Shown: piece after piece, positions 1 to 9,535 of the stretch
How positions within the stretch are numbered: position 1 is the stretch's first letter
Layout: every line of letters begins with the position of its first letter
Source of the DNA: Armatimonadota bacterium
GTDB taxonomy: Bacteria > Armatimonadota > Fimbriimonadia > Fimbriimonadales > GBS-DC
Assembly (NCBI GenBank): GCA_037445735.1
Contig: JBBIJY010000003.1
Coordinates: forward strand, 1-64,000
DNA length: 64,000 bases
Reading direction: 5' to 3'
The notes under the pieces: model-generated
Database searches by the model: none
What the model was told of the DNA's origin: nothing
What the model saw: only the letters and a program-made list of their open reading frames with translations
Position numbers and translations under genes: made by a program

Positions 1-601
1 GTGGTGAATGGCGAGCGCGTGCCCGGCTATCTGGACGAGGAGAATATCCCGCACGATTCGACCACCGAGACCTACGGCGGTCAAGCTCTATGTGGATAAC
101 TGGCGCTGGCGAGGCGTGCCTTTTTATTTGCGCACTGGCAAGCGCCTCGCCGCGGATCGCAGCGAGATTGCTATCCAGTTCAAAACACCCCCGTTACACC
201 TGTTCCGTGAAACGCCGCTCGATCGGCTGGAGCCGAACTGGTTTATTTTCGAGCTGAAGCCTGCCGAAGCGATCTACATCGTGGCGCAGGCGAAGAAGGT
301 GGGACTGGAGATGACGCCTCGCACGCTGATTCTGCGGGCGCCCTACCGCGAACCTGGTCAGGAAGGGTTCGACGCCTACACCACACTGCTGCTGGATGTG
401 CTGGAGGGCAATCGTCAGCACTTTTTGCGTTTTGATGAGGTGGAGTGGGCGTGGCGCGTGCTGGATCCCATCCTCAAAGCGTGGCAGAGCGATTCGGGTC
501 CGCTCCCCACCTATCCCGCCGGCTCCGAAGGACCCCCTGAAGCCACCCGCATTCTCGATTCGGAACACCACGCCTGGCGACCGCTCTGTGTGTCAGCATA
601 G
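1..601 (+). CDS. zwf: Glucose-6-phosphate 1-dehydrogenase, C-terminal part (5' end outside window; frameshift at ~76)
   Basis: Frame 1 reads VPGYLDEENIPHDSTTETY. Frame 2 continues AVKLYVDNWRWRGVPFYLRTGKRL...AYTTLLLDVLEG...FLRFDEVEWAW...YPAGSEGP. All are G6PD motifs. Confidence 0.93.
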
Positions 602-629
602 ATACCCTGCAAGGTATAATCGAAGCGGT

Positions 630-704
630 GCCGGCGTAGCTCAGCGGGAGAGCAGCCGCCTTGTAAGCGGAAGGTCAGGGGTTCGAATCCCCTCGCCGGC
701 TCCA
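630..704 (+). tRNA. tRNA-Thr (TGT)
   Basis: GCCGGCG acceptor stem, TAGCTCAG D-arm, CCGC-CTTGTAA-GCGG anticodon arm, GGTTCGAATCC T-loop, encoded CCA. TATAAT at 615-620. Confidence 0.96.
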
Positions 705-784
705 GAACACAACCTGTTGTGCTTCTAAACCCTCCAGCCCAGCAGATCGCGGAAGTGCGCTCCTATTCTCCTCTGGGGATTGCT

Positions 785-1066
785 ATGCAGACCTTCCGCC
801 TGATAGAGGGTGCTTCTACAGAGATAGAGCAAACCTTTGAACTCTGGCTCGAACACTTACACGCATGGGGCGCCAGCCCTAAGACCCTGCGCAATTATCG
901 CTGTGAAGTCGGGCAGTTTATTCGCTACCTGACGCTTACGCTGAACCTTGCTGCGGGCGATTGTACCAGTGCCCGCCAGAAACCTGCTGAAGTGCCTTAC
1001 CTGCGAGAAGCCTCTGAAGACCGAAGCACTCGCAAGGAGCCGAAAAATGCCACCACAAGGGGATAG
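785..1066 (+). pseudogene. Truncated tyrosine recombinase/integrase (N-terminal SAM-like domain only)
   Basis: FELWLEHL..GASPKTLRNY..EVGQFIRYL resembles the XerC/D/integrase N-terminus. No catalytic domain follows. It sits just 3' of a tRNA. Confidence 0.6.
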
Positions 1067-1098
1067 GCAGCAGGGGTATTCAGGACACAGGATATTGG

Positions 1099-1173
1099 TG
1101 GAGCCGACGGTGGGACTCGAACCCACGGCCTGCGCATTACGAGTGCGCCGCTCTACCGCTGAGCTACGTCGGC
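1099..1173 (-). tRNA. tRNA-Thr (CGT)
   Basis: Reverse complement GCCGACGTAGCTCAGCGGTAGAGC-GGCGCA-CTCGTAA-TGCGC...GGTTCGAGTCCC-ACCGTCGGCTCCA. Minus-strand TATAAT at 1184-1189. Confidence 0.96.
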
Positions 1174-1359
1174 TCTGGGAGGTATTATACCCTACCCCCA
1201 CCGCACGATTGCAAGTTCGATTGGGGCGCTCGAGCATCCCGTTTTTCGCGAGATGGCTAAAACCGTTCCTGCGAAACAGTCGTAGGGGGCGCGGTCACCG
1301 CGCCCCCTACTTCGGGGCAGCTCAAGCCGTTCCTGTGCGAACCAGAATGACCTGCACTC

Positions 1360-2133
1360 TCACGGATTGGGATCAGGATACCGCCCATTCCACCAGCGGT
1401 TGTCCTGATAGAGGGCATCCACCCTGCTCCAGCGGGCGTGACCATCCACGAAGGCGAAGTTCGTGCCGTTGCTGTGGCGCTCGTGGGGCGGCGACCAGCG
1501 TCCCGCACTGCTCGGCGCGTTGGGTCCCGAACCGTATCGGCAGGGCGGTAAGACGGGTGGATCCAGCGAGTAGCCGTGATTGTGCAGACAATCGGGATTG
1601 GTGAAGTCGGCGTCGTTGGGGTCGTCATTTTTACACGGGCGCGTGCCCGTACCACGACTGTCGCCAACGGCAATCGTCTGCGCAGGCGTTTCGATCATGC
1701 TTTCAACAACAGGCACATTCCAGCAGTTCACCCGCGAGAGACCCAGATACTGGTAGTTATAGCCGTAGGTCGCGTTGCGCCCTGCCGCGCCGAAATCCCA
1801 TCTGCGCGGAACCTGCGGACACACGAAGATGCCCGCGTTGCGCGTGTAGGTGAACACATGGTCATACCAGCGCACGGGCTGCCCGTGCGTTACATAGGAA
1901 AAGGGTGGGAACGCCTCCCAGTCCTGCACATACATGGCAATCGCCATGCCGTGCTGGCGCAGGTTGCTTAAGCAGCTGCTCTGGCGCGCTTTTGTGCGCG
2001 CCTGCGCAAACACGGGGAACAGAATCGCCGCCAGAATCGCGATAATCGCGATTACGACCAGCAGCTCGATCAAAGTAAACCCGCGGCGGTTCGGCAAGAG
2101 TGCCGTCCGCTCCCTCTGAAAGTGGCTCTCCAT
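1360..2133 (-). CDS. Prepilin-type N-terminal cleavage/methylation protein with DUF1559-like and H-X9-DG C-terminus
   Basis: [56 protein letters not shown] 2133 follows a GGAGG SD. Confidence 0.92.
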   Translation of the reverse strand: MESHFQRERTALLPNRRGFTLIELLVVIAIIAILAAILFPVFAQARTKARQSSCLSNLRQHGMAIAMYVQDWEAFPPFSYVTHGQPVRWYDHVFTYTRNAGIFVCPQVPRRWDFGAAGRNATYGYNYQYLGLSRVNCWNVPVVESMIETPAQTIAVGDSRGTGTRPCKNDDPNDADFTNPDCLHNHGYSLDPPVLPPCRYGSGPNAPSSAGRWSPPHERHSNGTNFAFVDGHARWSRVDALYQDNRWWNGRYPDPNP

Positions 2134-2232
2134 CGCTCGGTTCCTCCATTCTCTATAAATATACCCCTTAGCGTGGCTAAATATCAAGCCCCCGCCATAG
2201 CGAAGCTTAAGCGGCAATCTGTAAGGTTGGGT

Positions 2233-3297
2233 TTATTCAGCAGGTGGCGCGGGGTTCGGCTGGAAGATAGCGTCCACCAGCGAGTCGGCGCCGAAGCGCA
2301 CGGGGTCGGTGCAGGGTAAGCCCGTTTCCTGCGCGGTTTGATCGATGGTGGCGCGGGCTTCCGAATCGCTCAGGTGCGCCGTGTTGAGCGCGATTGCCGC
2401 CACGCGCGACGGGTAGAACGACCCGCCCGCCGACGCCAGCTCCTCATAGAGCCGAATCGCCACCGGGAGCGGCGGGATGGGCACATCAGGATAGCGCCAG
2501 ATGTGGGTCTGACCCGCGCGGTGAACCAGAATGAGGTGCGTAGGCTGGGCGCCGCGCAGCAGGGGCAGCGTCGCCGTCGAGGCGGGGTTGAACAGCGCAC
2601 CCTGCCCCTCGATATGCACCACATCGGCATCCTGCCCCAGCTGAAGGGTGAACTTCTCAATCGCGCCGGAGGCGAAGTCGACGCGCACGGCGTCCAGCGC
2701 GACCCCATCGCCCTCGATCATAATGCCCGTCTGACCCGTCGCGAGGAACTTTGAGCGCAGTCCGCGCTGGAGGCAGGCGCGATGCATCTCGATGCTGACG
2801 GTCATTTTGCCGACCGACATGTCGGTGCCGACGGTCAGCACGCGCTTGCAGGCGAGGTGGCGGGCGGCGCCGGTGCCGACCCGCAGGTCGGGCGGCTCGC
2901 GACGGATGTCCCAGACCCACTGGCAGCCGTGCAGGAACGGCTTCAGGTCGGGATGCTCCGCCATCGGGATGTGCAAGCCGTTCACGAGGTTCAGCCCTGC
3001 CATCACCGCCTGCCGCACCTCCTGCCACCACGCATCGGGCAGCATGCCGCCTGGCGGTGCGATGCCAATCACCAGCGTGTCGGGCTGATAGGCGAGCGCG
3101 TCCTGCAACGAGGCGACGATGGGCACCTCACGCGGGATGCCCGTCAGCGCGGGGATGGAGCCGCCCGCACACTCATAGTCGATGACGGCGACAATCGGGG
3201 CGCGACTGTAGCGCAGCAGTCCCAGCCCCGTCTTGCCGATGGGGCTGCGCAGACCCTCGTGCATCAGAAGTGCCAGTCGGTTCCGCTCGGTCAACAT
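2233..3297 (-). CDS. DUF1611 family P-loop protein (DgcN-like)
   Basis: GKTGLGLLRY, VIGIAPPGG, NGLH, VGTDMSVGKM, ATGQTGI, EGQG and DPVRFG motifs. Confidence 0.88.
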   Translation of the reverse strand: MLTERNRLALLMHEGLRSPIGKTGLGLLRYSRAPIVAVIDYECAGGSIPALTGIPREVPIVASLQDALAYQPDTLVIGIAPPGGMLPDAWWQEVRQAVMAGLNLVNGLHIPMAEHPDLKPFLHGCQWVWDIRREPPDLRVGTGAARHLACKRVLTVGTDMSVGKMTVSIEMHRACLQRGLRSKFLATGQTGIMIEGDGVALDAVRVDFASGAIEKFTLQLGQDADVVHIEGQGALFNPASTATLPLLRGAQPTHLILVHRAGQTHIWRYPDVPIPPLPVAIRLYEELASAGGSFYPSRVAAIALNTAHLSDSEARATIDQTAQETGLPCTDPVRFGADSLVDAIFQPNPAPPAE

Positions 3298-3308
3298 CGG
3301 TGGCTTCG

Positions 3309-6300
3309 CTATGGCACGCGCTGTGCCTGCAGGCTGAAAGTGAATCCCATCGCGCTGATGCTGCCCTGCATGCGGTCGCCCTCGATGGTGGCGTTCACCG
3401 TGATGCTCATGCCATCAGGCGTCTGGAAGGTGAACTGCAGGGCGCCGGTGGTCGGGTCGAACTGGGCGTCAGCGAAGTTCACCGTGCCGAGCAGGGTCTG
3501 GATGGTGCCGCTCCATCGTTCGCCCTGCTGGGTCAGCGTGAGGGTGAACTCGATGCCTTCGGGTGGCAGCGGGTCGCCGCCTGTGATGGTTCCCTTCCAG
3601 GTGCCTGCGGCGGTGCGCTGGGCAGGGCGCGACGGCTCGGCAGGGCGCTCGGAGCGCGACTCCTCGCGCGGGCGGTCAAACAGCGATGCAGGGCGCATGG
3701 TCTTCAGATACTCCTGACGCTCCTGCTCCAGCTGCTGGCGCCACTGGCGGTCGCGCTCGATATCGAAATAGAGCACGCCGTCGATGAAGGTCTTCTCGCA
3801 GCGGGCGTAGACGCTAAGCGGGTTATCGCTCCAGAGCGCGAGGTCGGCATGCTTGCCCGGCTCGATCGTGCCCACATAGCGGTCGATGCCCAGCTGTCTG
3901 GCGGGGTTGAGCGTGACGAGCTTGAGTGCCTCGACCTCGCTCATGCCGCCATATTTGATGGCTTTGGCGGCTTCGGTGTTGAGCCGTCGCGCCAGCTCGT
4001 TGCTATCGGAGTTGAAGGAGACGACCACACCGCGCGCCGCCATGAGCGCCCCGTTGTAGGGGATGGCGTCGTAGGCTTCCATTTTGTACGCCCACCAGTC
4101 GGAGAAGGTGGAGCCGCCGACGCCGTGTTGCGCCATCTCCTTCGCCACCTTATAGCCCTCCAGCACATGCTGGAAGGTGGCGATGCGCACGCCGAACTCC
4201 TCGCACACGCGCATCAGCATCAGAATCTCGTCCTGTCGATAGCTGTGGCAGTGGATGAGGCGCTTGCCTTCGAGAATCTCCAGGAGCGCTTCCAGCTGCA
4301 GGTCGCGGGCGGGCGGGTAGGGTCGCCTGCCAGCGCGATACTCTTCCTGCTGGCGTTTGTAATCTAACGCGGCGAGGAACCGCTCGCGCACGACCTGTTC
4401 GACGCCCATGCGGGTGGCAGGGTAGCGCGTGGGTGCGCCCGCTCGCCCGCCGAAGTTGGAGCGTTTCACATTCTCGCCCAGCGCGAACTTGATTCCAGGC
4501 GGCGCCTCTTTGAAGAGCATCTCGTCCGCGCTCTTGCCCCAGCGCCATTTGACCACTGCGTTCTGACCGCCAATCACATTGGCGGAGCCGTGCAGCACAT
4601 TGGCGGTGGTGACGCCGCCTGCCAGCTGGCGATAGATGTTCACATCGTCGGGGTTCAGCACATCCTGGATGCGCACTTCGGCGGTGCAGACATTGGTGCC
4701 CTCGTTCACGCCGCCGGAGATAGCGGTGTGGGAGTGGCAGTCGATGATGCCGGGCGTGAGGTGCTTGCCGGTGGCGTCGATGATTCGCGCACTGGCGGGC
4801 GCGGGCAGGTTCTTGCCGACGGCTCGAATCTTGCCATCCACAATCAGCACATCGGTGTTGGGCAGGGGCGCATCGGTTGTGAGCGTCCACACGGTGGCGT
4901 TGCGGATGAGCCAGGTGTTATGCTCATCGGCGGGCGGCGGCATGATGGGTTCCAGCTTCACGCGGGGCAGGCGCGGGGGCTCGTCCGGGCGCGATTCGCC
5001 CGACGGCTGGCTGGAGGGTTGCTCCTGCGGGCGCGTGCCGCCTTCCAGCGAGGCGGGTTCCTGCGGGATTCCAGCGGTGAGATGGTCGCAGCTGTCGCCG
5101 CAGTGCGCATGTTCGTAGCAGCAGGAGGCTTCATAGGGGCTGCTGGTCCCGGTGGCGTCCCAGTCGCGCGGGCGACGGAATCGGGGCATGGGCGGTGCCG
5201 CGCTCGCTGGCGGTTCTTCCAGCCGATAGCGCCTGCCATCCACAAACAGGTAGCGCAGGCGCGTGCGCGGTTCGAACAGCTCGCCCTCGCTGATGACAAA
5301 GCTCGCCAGCTTGCCCTTTTGAATGGAGCCGAGCCGATCGTCCACGCCGAACAGCCGCGCGGGGATCATCGTGAGCGCCTCCAGCGCCTTCTCCTTCGGC
5401 AGACCATTCGCAATCGCGATTCGGATATTGCGCAGCAGGCGTTCGGGATCGTTCAGTCCCTCGGTGGTGAAGGCGAAGGTCACGCCCTTCTCGTGCAGGA
5501 TGGCAGCGTTCTGGTAGGCGAGGGCGCGGTTGCGCAGGCTCGTGAGCGAAGGCGGGTTCAGCGGGTCATAGGTGCGCAGGGGTTCGGGCATCTCCATGCT
5601 CAACAGGATGGGGATTTTGCGTCTGGCGAGCGTGTCGGCGATTCGGGCGGCTTCCTGCCCGCCCGCGATAATGAGTTTCAATTTAAACTCATCGGCAATT
5701 CGGATGGCTCGCAGGATGTCCTGCGCGTTATTGGCGAGCGCAATAAGGGGCATCTCCTGCTTCAGCACGGGCTGGAGCGCGTCCAGTGCGCGATTGAGTG
5801 TCGGGCGCGGCTTGCCGTCGGGCGATTTGCGATAGATCGCCCACACCTGCGCCTGGTGCTGGGCGTCGTAGAAGGTCTGACGCACCAGCGCGATGGCGCC
5901 CATCAGCGAGCTGGGGTAGCCGCCGCCGAAACCCTCTTCCGAAACGGCACGCCCGCGCAGGTTCATATGGACGCCGAAGTCGGGGCGAATGACCGTCGCG
6001 GCGGGTGAGCCGTCGCCCAGGCTCACCAGTGCGCTGGTGCCCGACAGGATGCCGTGTGGGGGCACCACGAGCGCTGCCACGAAGCCCGCGCGGCGCCAGC
6101 GTGCCAGCGCGCCGCTATCGGGCTGATACAGCACCGACGCCTGCCGCTCCGGACGCACCTGCGCATTCGACGCCGTGTTGCCACGCTCATAGGCAGCGTA
6201 GGCGGGATCGTTCGCCTGTGCGGGCATGCCCAGCGCGGTGAAGCCGTCGATAAAGCCCGGATAGACCGTCAGCCCTGTGCCGTCGATCACTTCGGCATCG

Positions 6301-6509
6301 GGCGGGATGGGCGTCTTCTCCGCTTCGCCCACCGCCATAATCACGCCGTCGCGCACCACGATCGTGCCCTTCTCGATGGGCGGGCTGCTCACAGGCACGA
6401 TTCGGGCGCCCTTTATCGCGTACACCTCTGGCAGGCGATAGGGTGTATCCTGCGCCCATAGCACACCGATCAGCCAGAGTCCCAGCAGTGCCAACAGCCG
6501 TTTGAACAT
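3309..6509 (-). CDS. Secreted tandem (two-domain) amidohydrolase
   Basis: Signal peptide. Two amidohydrolase units: VYPGFIDGFT...GSIQKGKLA and LTPGIIDCHSH...HSYRQDE...FNSDS...GTIEPGKHAD. Extra C-terminal beta domain. Confidence 0.88.
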   Translation of the reverse strand: MFKRLLALLGLWLIGVLWAQDTPYRLPEVYAIKGARIVPVSSPPIEKGTIVVRDGVIMAVGEAEKTPIPPDAEVIDGTGLTVYPGFIDGFTALGMPAQANDPAYAAYERGNTASNAQVRPERQASVLYQPDSGALARWRRAGFVAALVVPPHGILSGTSALVSLGDGSPAATVIRPDFGVHMNLRGRAVSEEGFGGGYPSSLMGAIALVRQTFYDAQHQAQVWAIYRKSPDGKPRPTLNRALDALQPVLKQEMPLIALANNAQDILRAIRIADEFKLKLIIAGGQEAARIADTLARRKIPILLSMEMPEPLRTYDPLNPPSLTSLRNRALAYQNAAILHEKGVTFAFTTEGLNDPERLLRNIRIAIANGLPKEKALEALTMIPARLFGVDDRLGSIQKGKLASFVISEGELFEPRTRLRYLFVDGRRYRLEEPPASAAPPMPRFRRPRDWDATGTSSPYEASCCYEHAHCGDSCDHLTAGIPQEPASLEGGTRPQEQPSSQPSGESRPDEPPRLPRVKLEPIMPPPADEHNTWLIRNATVWTLTTDAPLPNTDVLIVDGKIRAVGKNLPAPASARIIDATGKHLTPGIIDCHSHTAISGGVNEGTNVCTAEVRIQDVLNPDDVNIYRQLAGGVTTANVLHGSANVIGGQNAVVKWRWGKSADEMLFKEAPPGIKFALGENVKRSNFGGRAGAPTRYPATRMGVEQVVRERFLAALDYKRQQEEYRAGRRPYPPARDLQLEALLEILEGKRLIHCHSYRQDEILMLMRVCEEFGVRIATFQHVLEGYKVAKEMAQHGVGGSTFSDWWAYKMEAYDAIPYNGALMAARGVVVSFNSDSNELARRLNTEAAKAIKYGGMSEVEALKLVTLNPARQLGIDRYVGTIEPGKHADLALWSDNPLSVYARCEKTFIDGVLYFDIERDRQWRQQLEQERQEYLKTMRPASLFDRPREESRSERPAEPSRPAQRTAAGTWKGTITGGDPLPPEGIEFTLTLTQQGERWSGTIQTLLGTVNFADAQFDPTTGALQFTFQTPDGMSITVNATIEGDRMQGSISAMGFTFSLQAQRVP

Positions 6510-6559
6510 CGTCTCACCTCACCGTCGGCACGGTTCGGCATCGCTGCCAGGAGTCCTGC

Positions 6560-7231
6560 CTACTCTATCGGCTCGATGAGGCTGGGGTCGTCGTTGGCGG
6601 GATTGTTCACGCGCGGGCTGACGGGATAGGCGATCAGCATATCGTCGGGCGCAGGGCGCAGAAGGGGCAATAGCTGCTCGGGACGCTGCACATTCGGGTC
6701 TAACCACAGCTCATACGCCTCTTCAGGCAGGATGACCGCCATCCGATTATGCAGGGGACGGATGACAGCGTTCGGTTCGGTTGTGATGATGGTGCAGGTT
6801 TGCAGTTCGGAGCCGTCCGCGCCCTGCCAGTGTTCCCACAGCCCCGCCAGCGCCAGCGTTTTGCCCGCGCGATGGCGCACAAAGTAGGGCTGTTTCGTCT
6901 TGCCCTGCGATTGCCATTCGTAGAAGCCATCGGCGGGGATGATACAGCGTCGGTAGCGGAGCGCGGCGCGGAAGGCGGGCTTCTCGGCGAGCGTCTCCGC
7001 GCGGGCGTTGATCATCCGATTCCCGATGCGGGGGTCATCTGCCCATGCAGGCACGAGACCCCACTGCAGATGGGTCCATTCGCGCTCGCCACGCTCGCGC
7101 AGGGTGCGCAGCGCCAGCACAGGCTGGCTCGGCGCGATGTTATAACGCGGCGCAATCGCGAACGGCAGCGGCAGCTTAAACTGCGCGGTCAGTTTCTCCG
7201 CCGATGTATAAAGCGCGAAGCGTCCACACAT
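6560..7231 (-). CDS. SRAP/YedK-family abasic-site (SOS response-associated peptidase) protein
   Basis: Starts MCGRF (catalytic Cys2); RYNIAPSQ, WGLVP, INARAET, RCIIPADGFYEW, HNRM. Confidence 0.95.
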   Translation of the reverse strand: MCGRFALYTSAEKLTAQFKLPLPFAIAPRYNIAPSQPVLALRTLRERGEREWTHLQWGLVPAWADDPRIGNRMINARAETLAEKPAFRAALRYRRCIIPADGFYEWQSQGKTKQPYFVRHRAGKTLALAGLWEHWQGADGSELQTCTIITTEPNAVIRPLHNRMAVILPEEAYELWLDPNVQRPEQLLPLLRPAPDDMLIAYPVSPRVNNPANDDPSLIEPIE

Positions 7232-7233
7232 TG

Positions 7234-8004
7234 TTATCCCTCCTGTTCGTTTGAACTGCCGAAGTAGCGGGCGCACAGGGGCAGGTACTCGCAGGTGTCG
7301 CAGTGCGGAATCCGTATCGGTTCCAGCGGCTCGTAGCGCGTGTTCAGAATCTGCTCGGCGAGTCCGTCCAGCAGCTGGGCGAACTCCTGAAGCTGTCGGT
7401 TATCGACGGCGACGGTCGCCTTCGCGCCCGCTCGCAGTGCATAGATGGAGATGAGCAGGGGGCGGTCGGGATAGTGGTGCTGGAGCAGGAGCGCGTAGCA
7501 GTTGAGCGCGAGGTCGTTCGCCACCTGCTCTTCGGTGATGCTCTCGCGCCCGCTTTTGTAGTCGATAATTTCCAGCGTGCCGTCGGGATATTCATCCACG
7601 CGGTCGAGGCGTCCCTGCAGCACATAGAGGTCGCGTTCGAGGCGCAGTTGCTTTTCGGTGAACAGGGTACGGGCAGGTGGTGGCTGGCTGGCATGGCGCT
7701 CGTAGTAGTGGGCGATGAGCGCGTGTCCGAGCTGTTTCTGTTGCTCGCTCTGTTCGAGCGTTTCGAAGCCGGCGTGGCTCCAGAGCGTTTCGAGGGCGTT
7801 CGCGACCTGCTCGCGCGTGAGCGTCTGCGCCCCGCCCAGCTCATGGAACACCTGCAGCACGCGATGGAGGTTCGCGCCGAGTGTCAGCACGGGGTTCGGG
7901 CGACGGTAGCGGCGCCCTATCGGCGAGAGATACGCCCAGTAATATTTCACCTGACAGGTGAGATAGGTCTGGATTCGCGTGGGGCTGAGCGTGGGCTTGC
8001 GCAT
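7234..8004 (-). CDS. PD-(D/E)XK RecB/AddB/Cas4-like nuclease with probable Fe-S ligands
   Basis: LSPTRI..Y..C, G..LH..L, GRLDRVD...IIDYKSG, C-terminal CDTCEYLPLC (four Cys in Cas4/AddB layout). Confidence 0.85.
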   Translation of the reverse strand: MRKPTLSPTRIQTYLTCQVKYYWAYLSPIGRRYRRPNPVLTLGANLHRVLQVFHELGGAQTLTREQVANALETLWSHAGFETLEQSEQQKQLGHALIAHYYERHASQPPPARTLFTEKQLRLERDLYVLQGRLDRVDEYPDGTLEIIDYKSGRESITEEQVANDLALNCYALLLQHHYPDRPLLISIYALRAGAKATVAVDNRQLQEFAQLLDGLAEQILNTRYEPLEPIRIPHCDTCEYLPLCARYFGSSNEQEG

Positions 8005-8008
8005 CGGG

Positions 8009-9418
8009 TTAACTCTCCAGAGTTTGCAGGCGGAGCATGCCGAAGTTCGCCAGCGTGAAGAGCGATTCCACCTCCGCCAGCGTGAACTCGCGTGGGGCGG
8101 AGCTGACCAGCATCAGCACGCCATACACCTGCTCGGCGCGTTGCAACGGCACGGCGAGCGCCGACTGGAAATCGCCGGGCAGTGGCTCCTTCAGGTTCTG
8201 GGGATGATGGGGCAGGTCGGGCGCGTCCAGCGGCGCGTTGAACGCATAGACCCATCCCGGCAGGCTATAGGGCACACCGGGCATATAGCGCAGAAGGGTC
8301 TCGTTGGGGGGCGAAACGCACACGGGTTGCAGCCGTTCCGGCTCGGTGCTGGCGTCAGGCGCAAAGTAGATCACGGCGTGATCGGCGGGTGCCAGCTGGA
8401 GGGCAGTGTTCGCCATCAGCGCGAAGCCCGATTCGAGCGAGCGTACCTCGCCGATGCGATGGGAGAACTCGTACAGGCTCGCCATCTGTTGCGAGCGGCG
8501 GGCGAGCTGCTCATGGAGCATGGCGTGGGCAATCAGCAGGGCGATGGGCACCAGCAGGGGCGAAAAGTCTTTTGCCTCGTGTAGCAGGGGCAGAGATGCC
8601 CCTGCTACTGCTGCTTCCTGAATCGCGCGGGGCAACGATTCGCCTCTGGCGTGTTCACCGAGGGCGAGCAGTCCCAGCGGGCGACCGGTGAGGTTCAGCG
8701 GGAGTAGTTTGGCAACCAGACCCGATTCGGTGTTCAGCTGGCTCGGCGTCGTGTACCAGTCAGGAGGCAGGGTGGCGGGGTCAAGAGCGGCTGGTAGCAG
8801 GGGTGCGCCGTAGTGGAGGGTGCAGAGCAGGCGGGTGCGCTCCTCGTTGTAGAGCCATAGACCGCCGCTGACAGGCGCCATCGCGCGCAGCACGGGTTCA
8901 ATCGTTTGCAGCACACGCTGGAGGCTGAACTCTTCGCGGAGCGGTTCGGGCAGGTGGCGCAGCCACTCCCGCTCGCGCTCATGCTGCTCCAGCGCCTGAC
9001 GCAAACCATGCAGATAGACCGCGATGGTGAACAGGGGCGCAATTGTTTGAAGCAGGGCGATGGCGTTTTCATCAAACGGTTCGTGCTGGCGGCGGTTGAC
9101 CAGCACCAGTGCGCTGGTGGGTAGTGCGGGCAGGGGGACGCCGATGCCGCTTTGCAGCCCTTTGAAGCCGCGTCGCACACCCCGCGAATGGCTTTCAGGC
9201 TCGCTTTCGTTATAGAAGCGCCACACGGTGCGTTTCTGGAGCAGGTCATCCAGCACCGTTTCGTCCGGTCGCAGGCGCAATCCGCGCAATTCCTCCGCGC
9301 CCTGACCCACGGCAAGCGCGAAATCGACCTCCGTGCCGCCGGGTGTGGGCAACAATAGCAGTGCGGTCTGGGCAGCGGTCTGTTTGCGCACCCATTCCAG
9401 CACCTCTTCCAGCAGCAT
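8009..9418 (-). CDS. Multi-GAF domain protein without a recognisable output domain (may start at CTG 9493)
   Basis: GAF-like segments (LVLVNRR..EPFDE; LLPLNLTGRPLGLLAL; SALAVPL...YGVLML...REFT). No kinase, GGDEF or HTH motifs. Confidence 0.75.
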   Translation of the reverse strand: MLLEEVLEWVRKQTAAQTALLLLPTPGGTEVDFALAVGQGAEELRGLRLRPDETVLDDLLQKRTVWRFYNESEPESHSRGVRRGFKGLQSGIGVPLPALPTSALVLVNRRQHEPFDENAIALLQTIAPLFTIAVYLHGLRQALEQHEREREWLRHLPEPLREEFSLQRVLQTIEPVLRAMAPVSGGLWLYNEERTRLLCTLHYGAPLLPAALDPATLPPDWYTTPSQLNTESGLVAKLLPLNLTGRPLGLLALGEHARGESLPRAIQEAAVAGASLPLLHEAKDFSPLLVPIALLIAHAMLHEQLARRSQQMASLYEFSHRIGEVRSLESGFALMANTALQLAPADHAVIYFAPDASTEPERLQPVCVSPPNETLLRYMPGVPYSLPGWVYAFNAPLDAPDLPHHPQNLKEPLPGDFQSALAVPLQRAEQVYGVLMLVSSAPREFTLAEVESLFTLANFGMLRLQTLES

Positions 9419-9535
9419 CAGCGGGTCTGTGTCTGCCTGCAGGCGCTGGAGCCATCGCTCCCAGTCGGGACGAACCCACGTCTCTATCAGCAGCGCTGCA
9501 CCTCCCGCCTGGATTGTACCCTGCAGGCAGCGCGT

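Noticed and set aside
7234-8004. CRISPR-Cas locus suggested by the Cas4-like nuclease
   Set aside because: No cas1/cas2 or other cas genes and no repeat-spacer array anywhere in the window.
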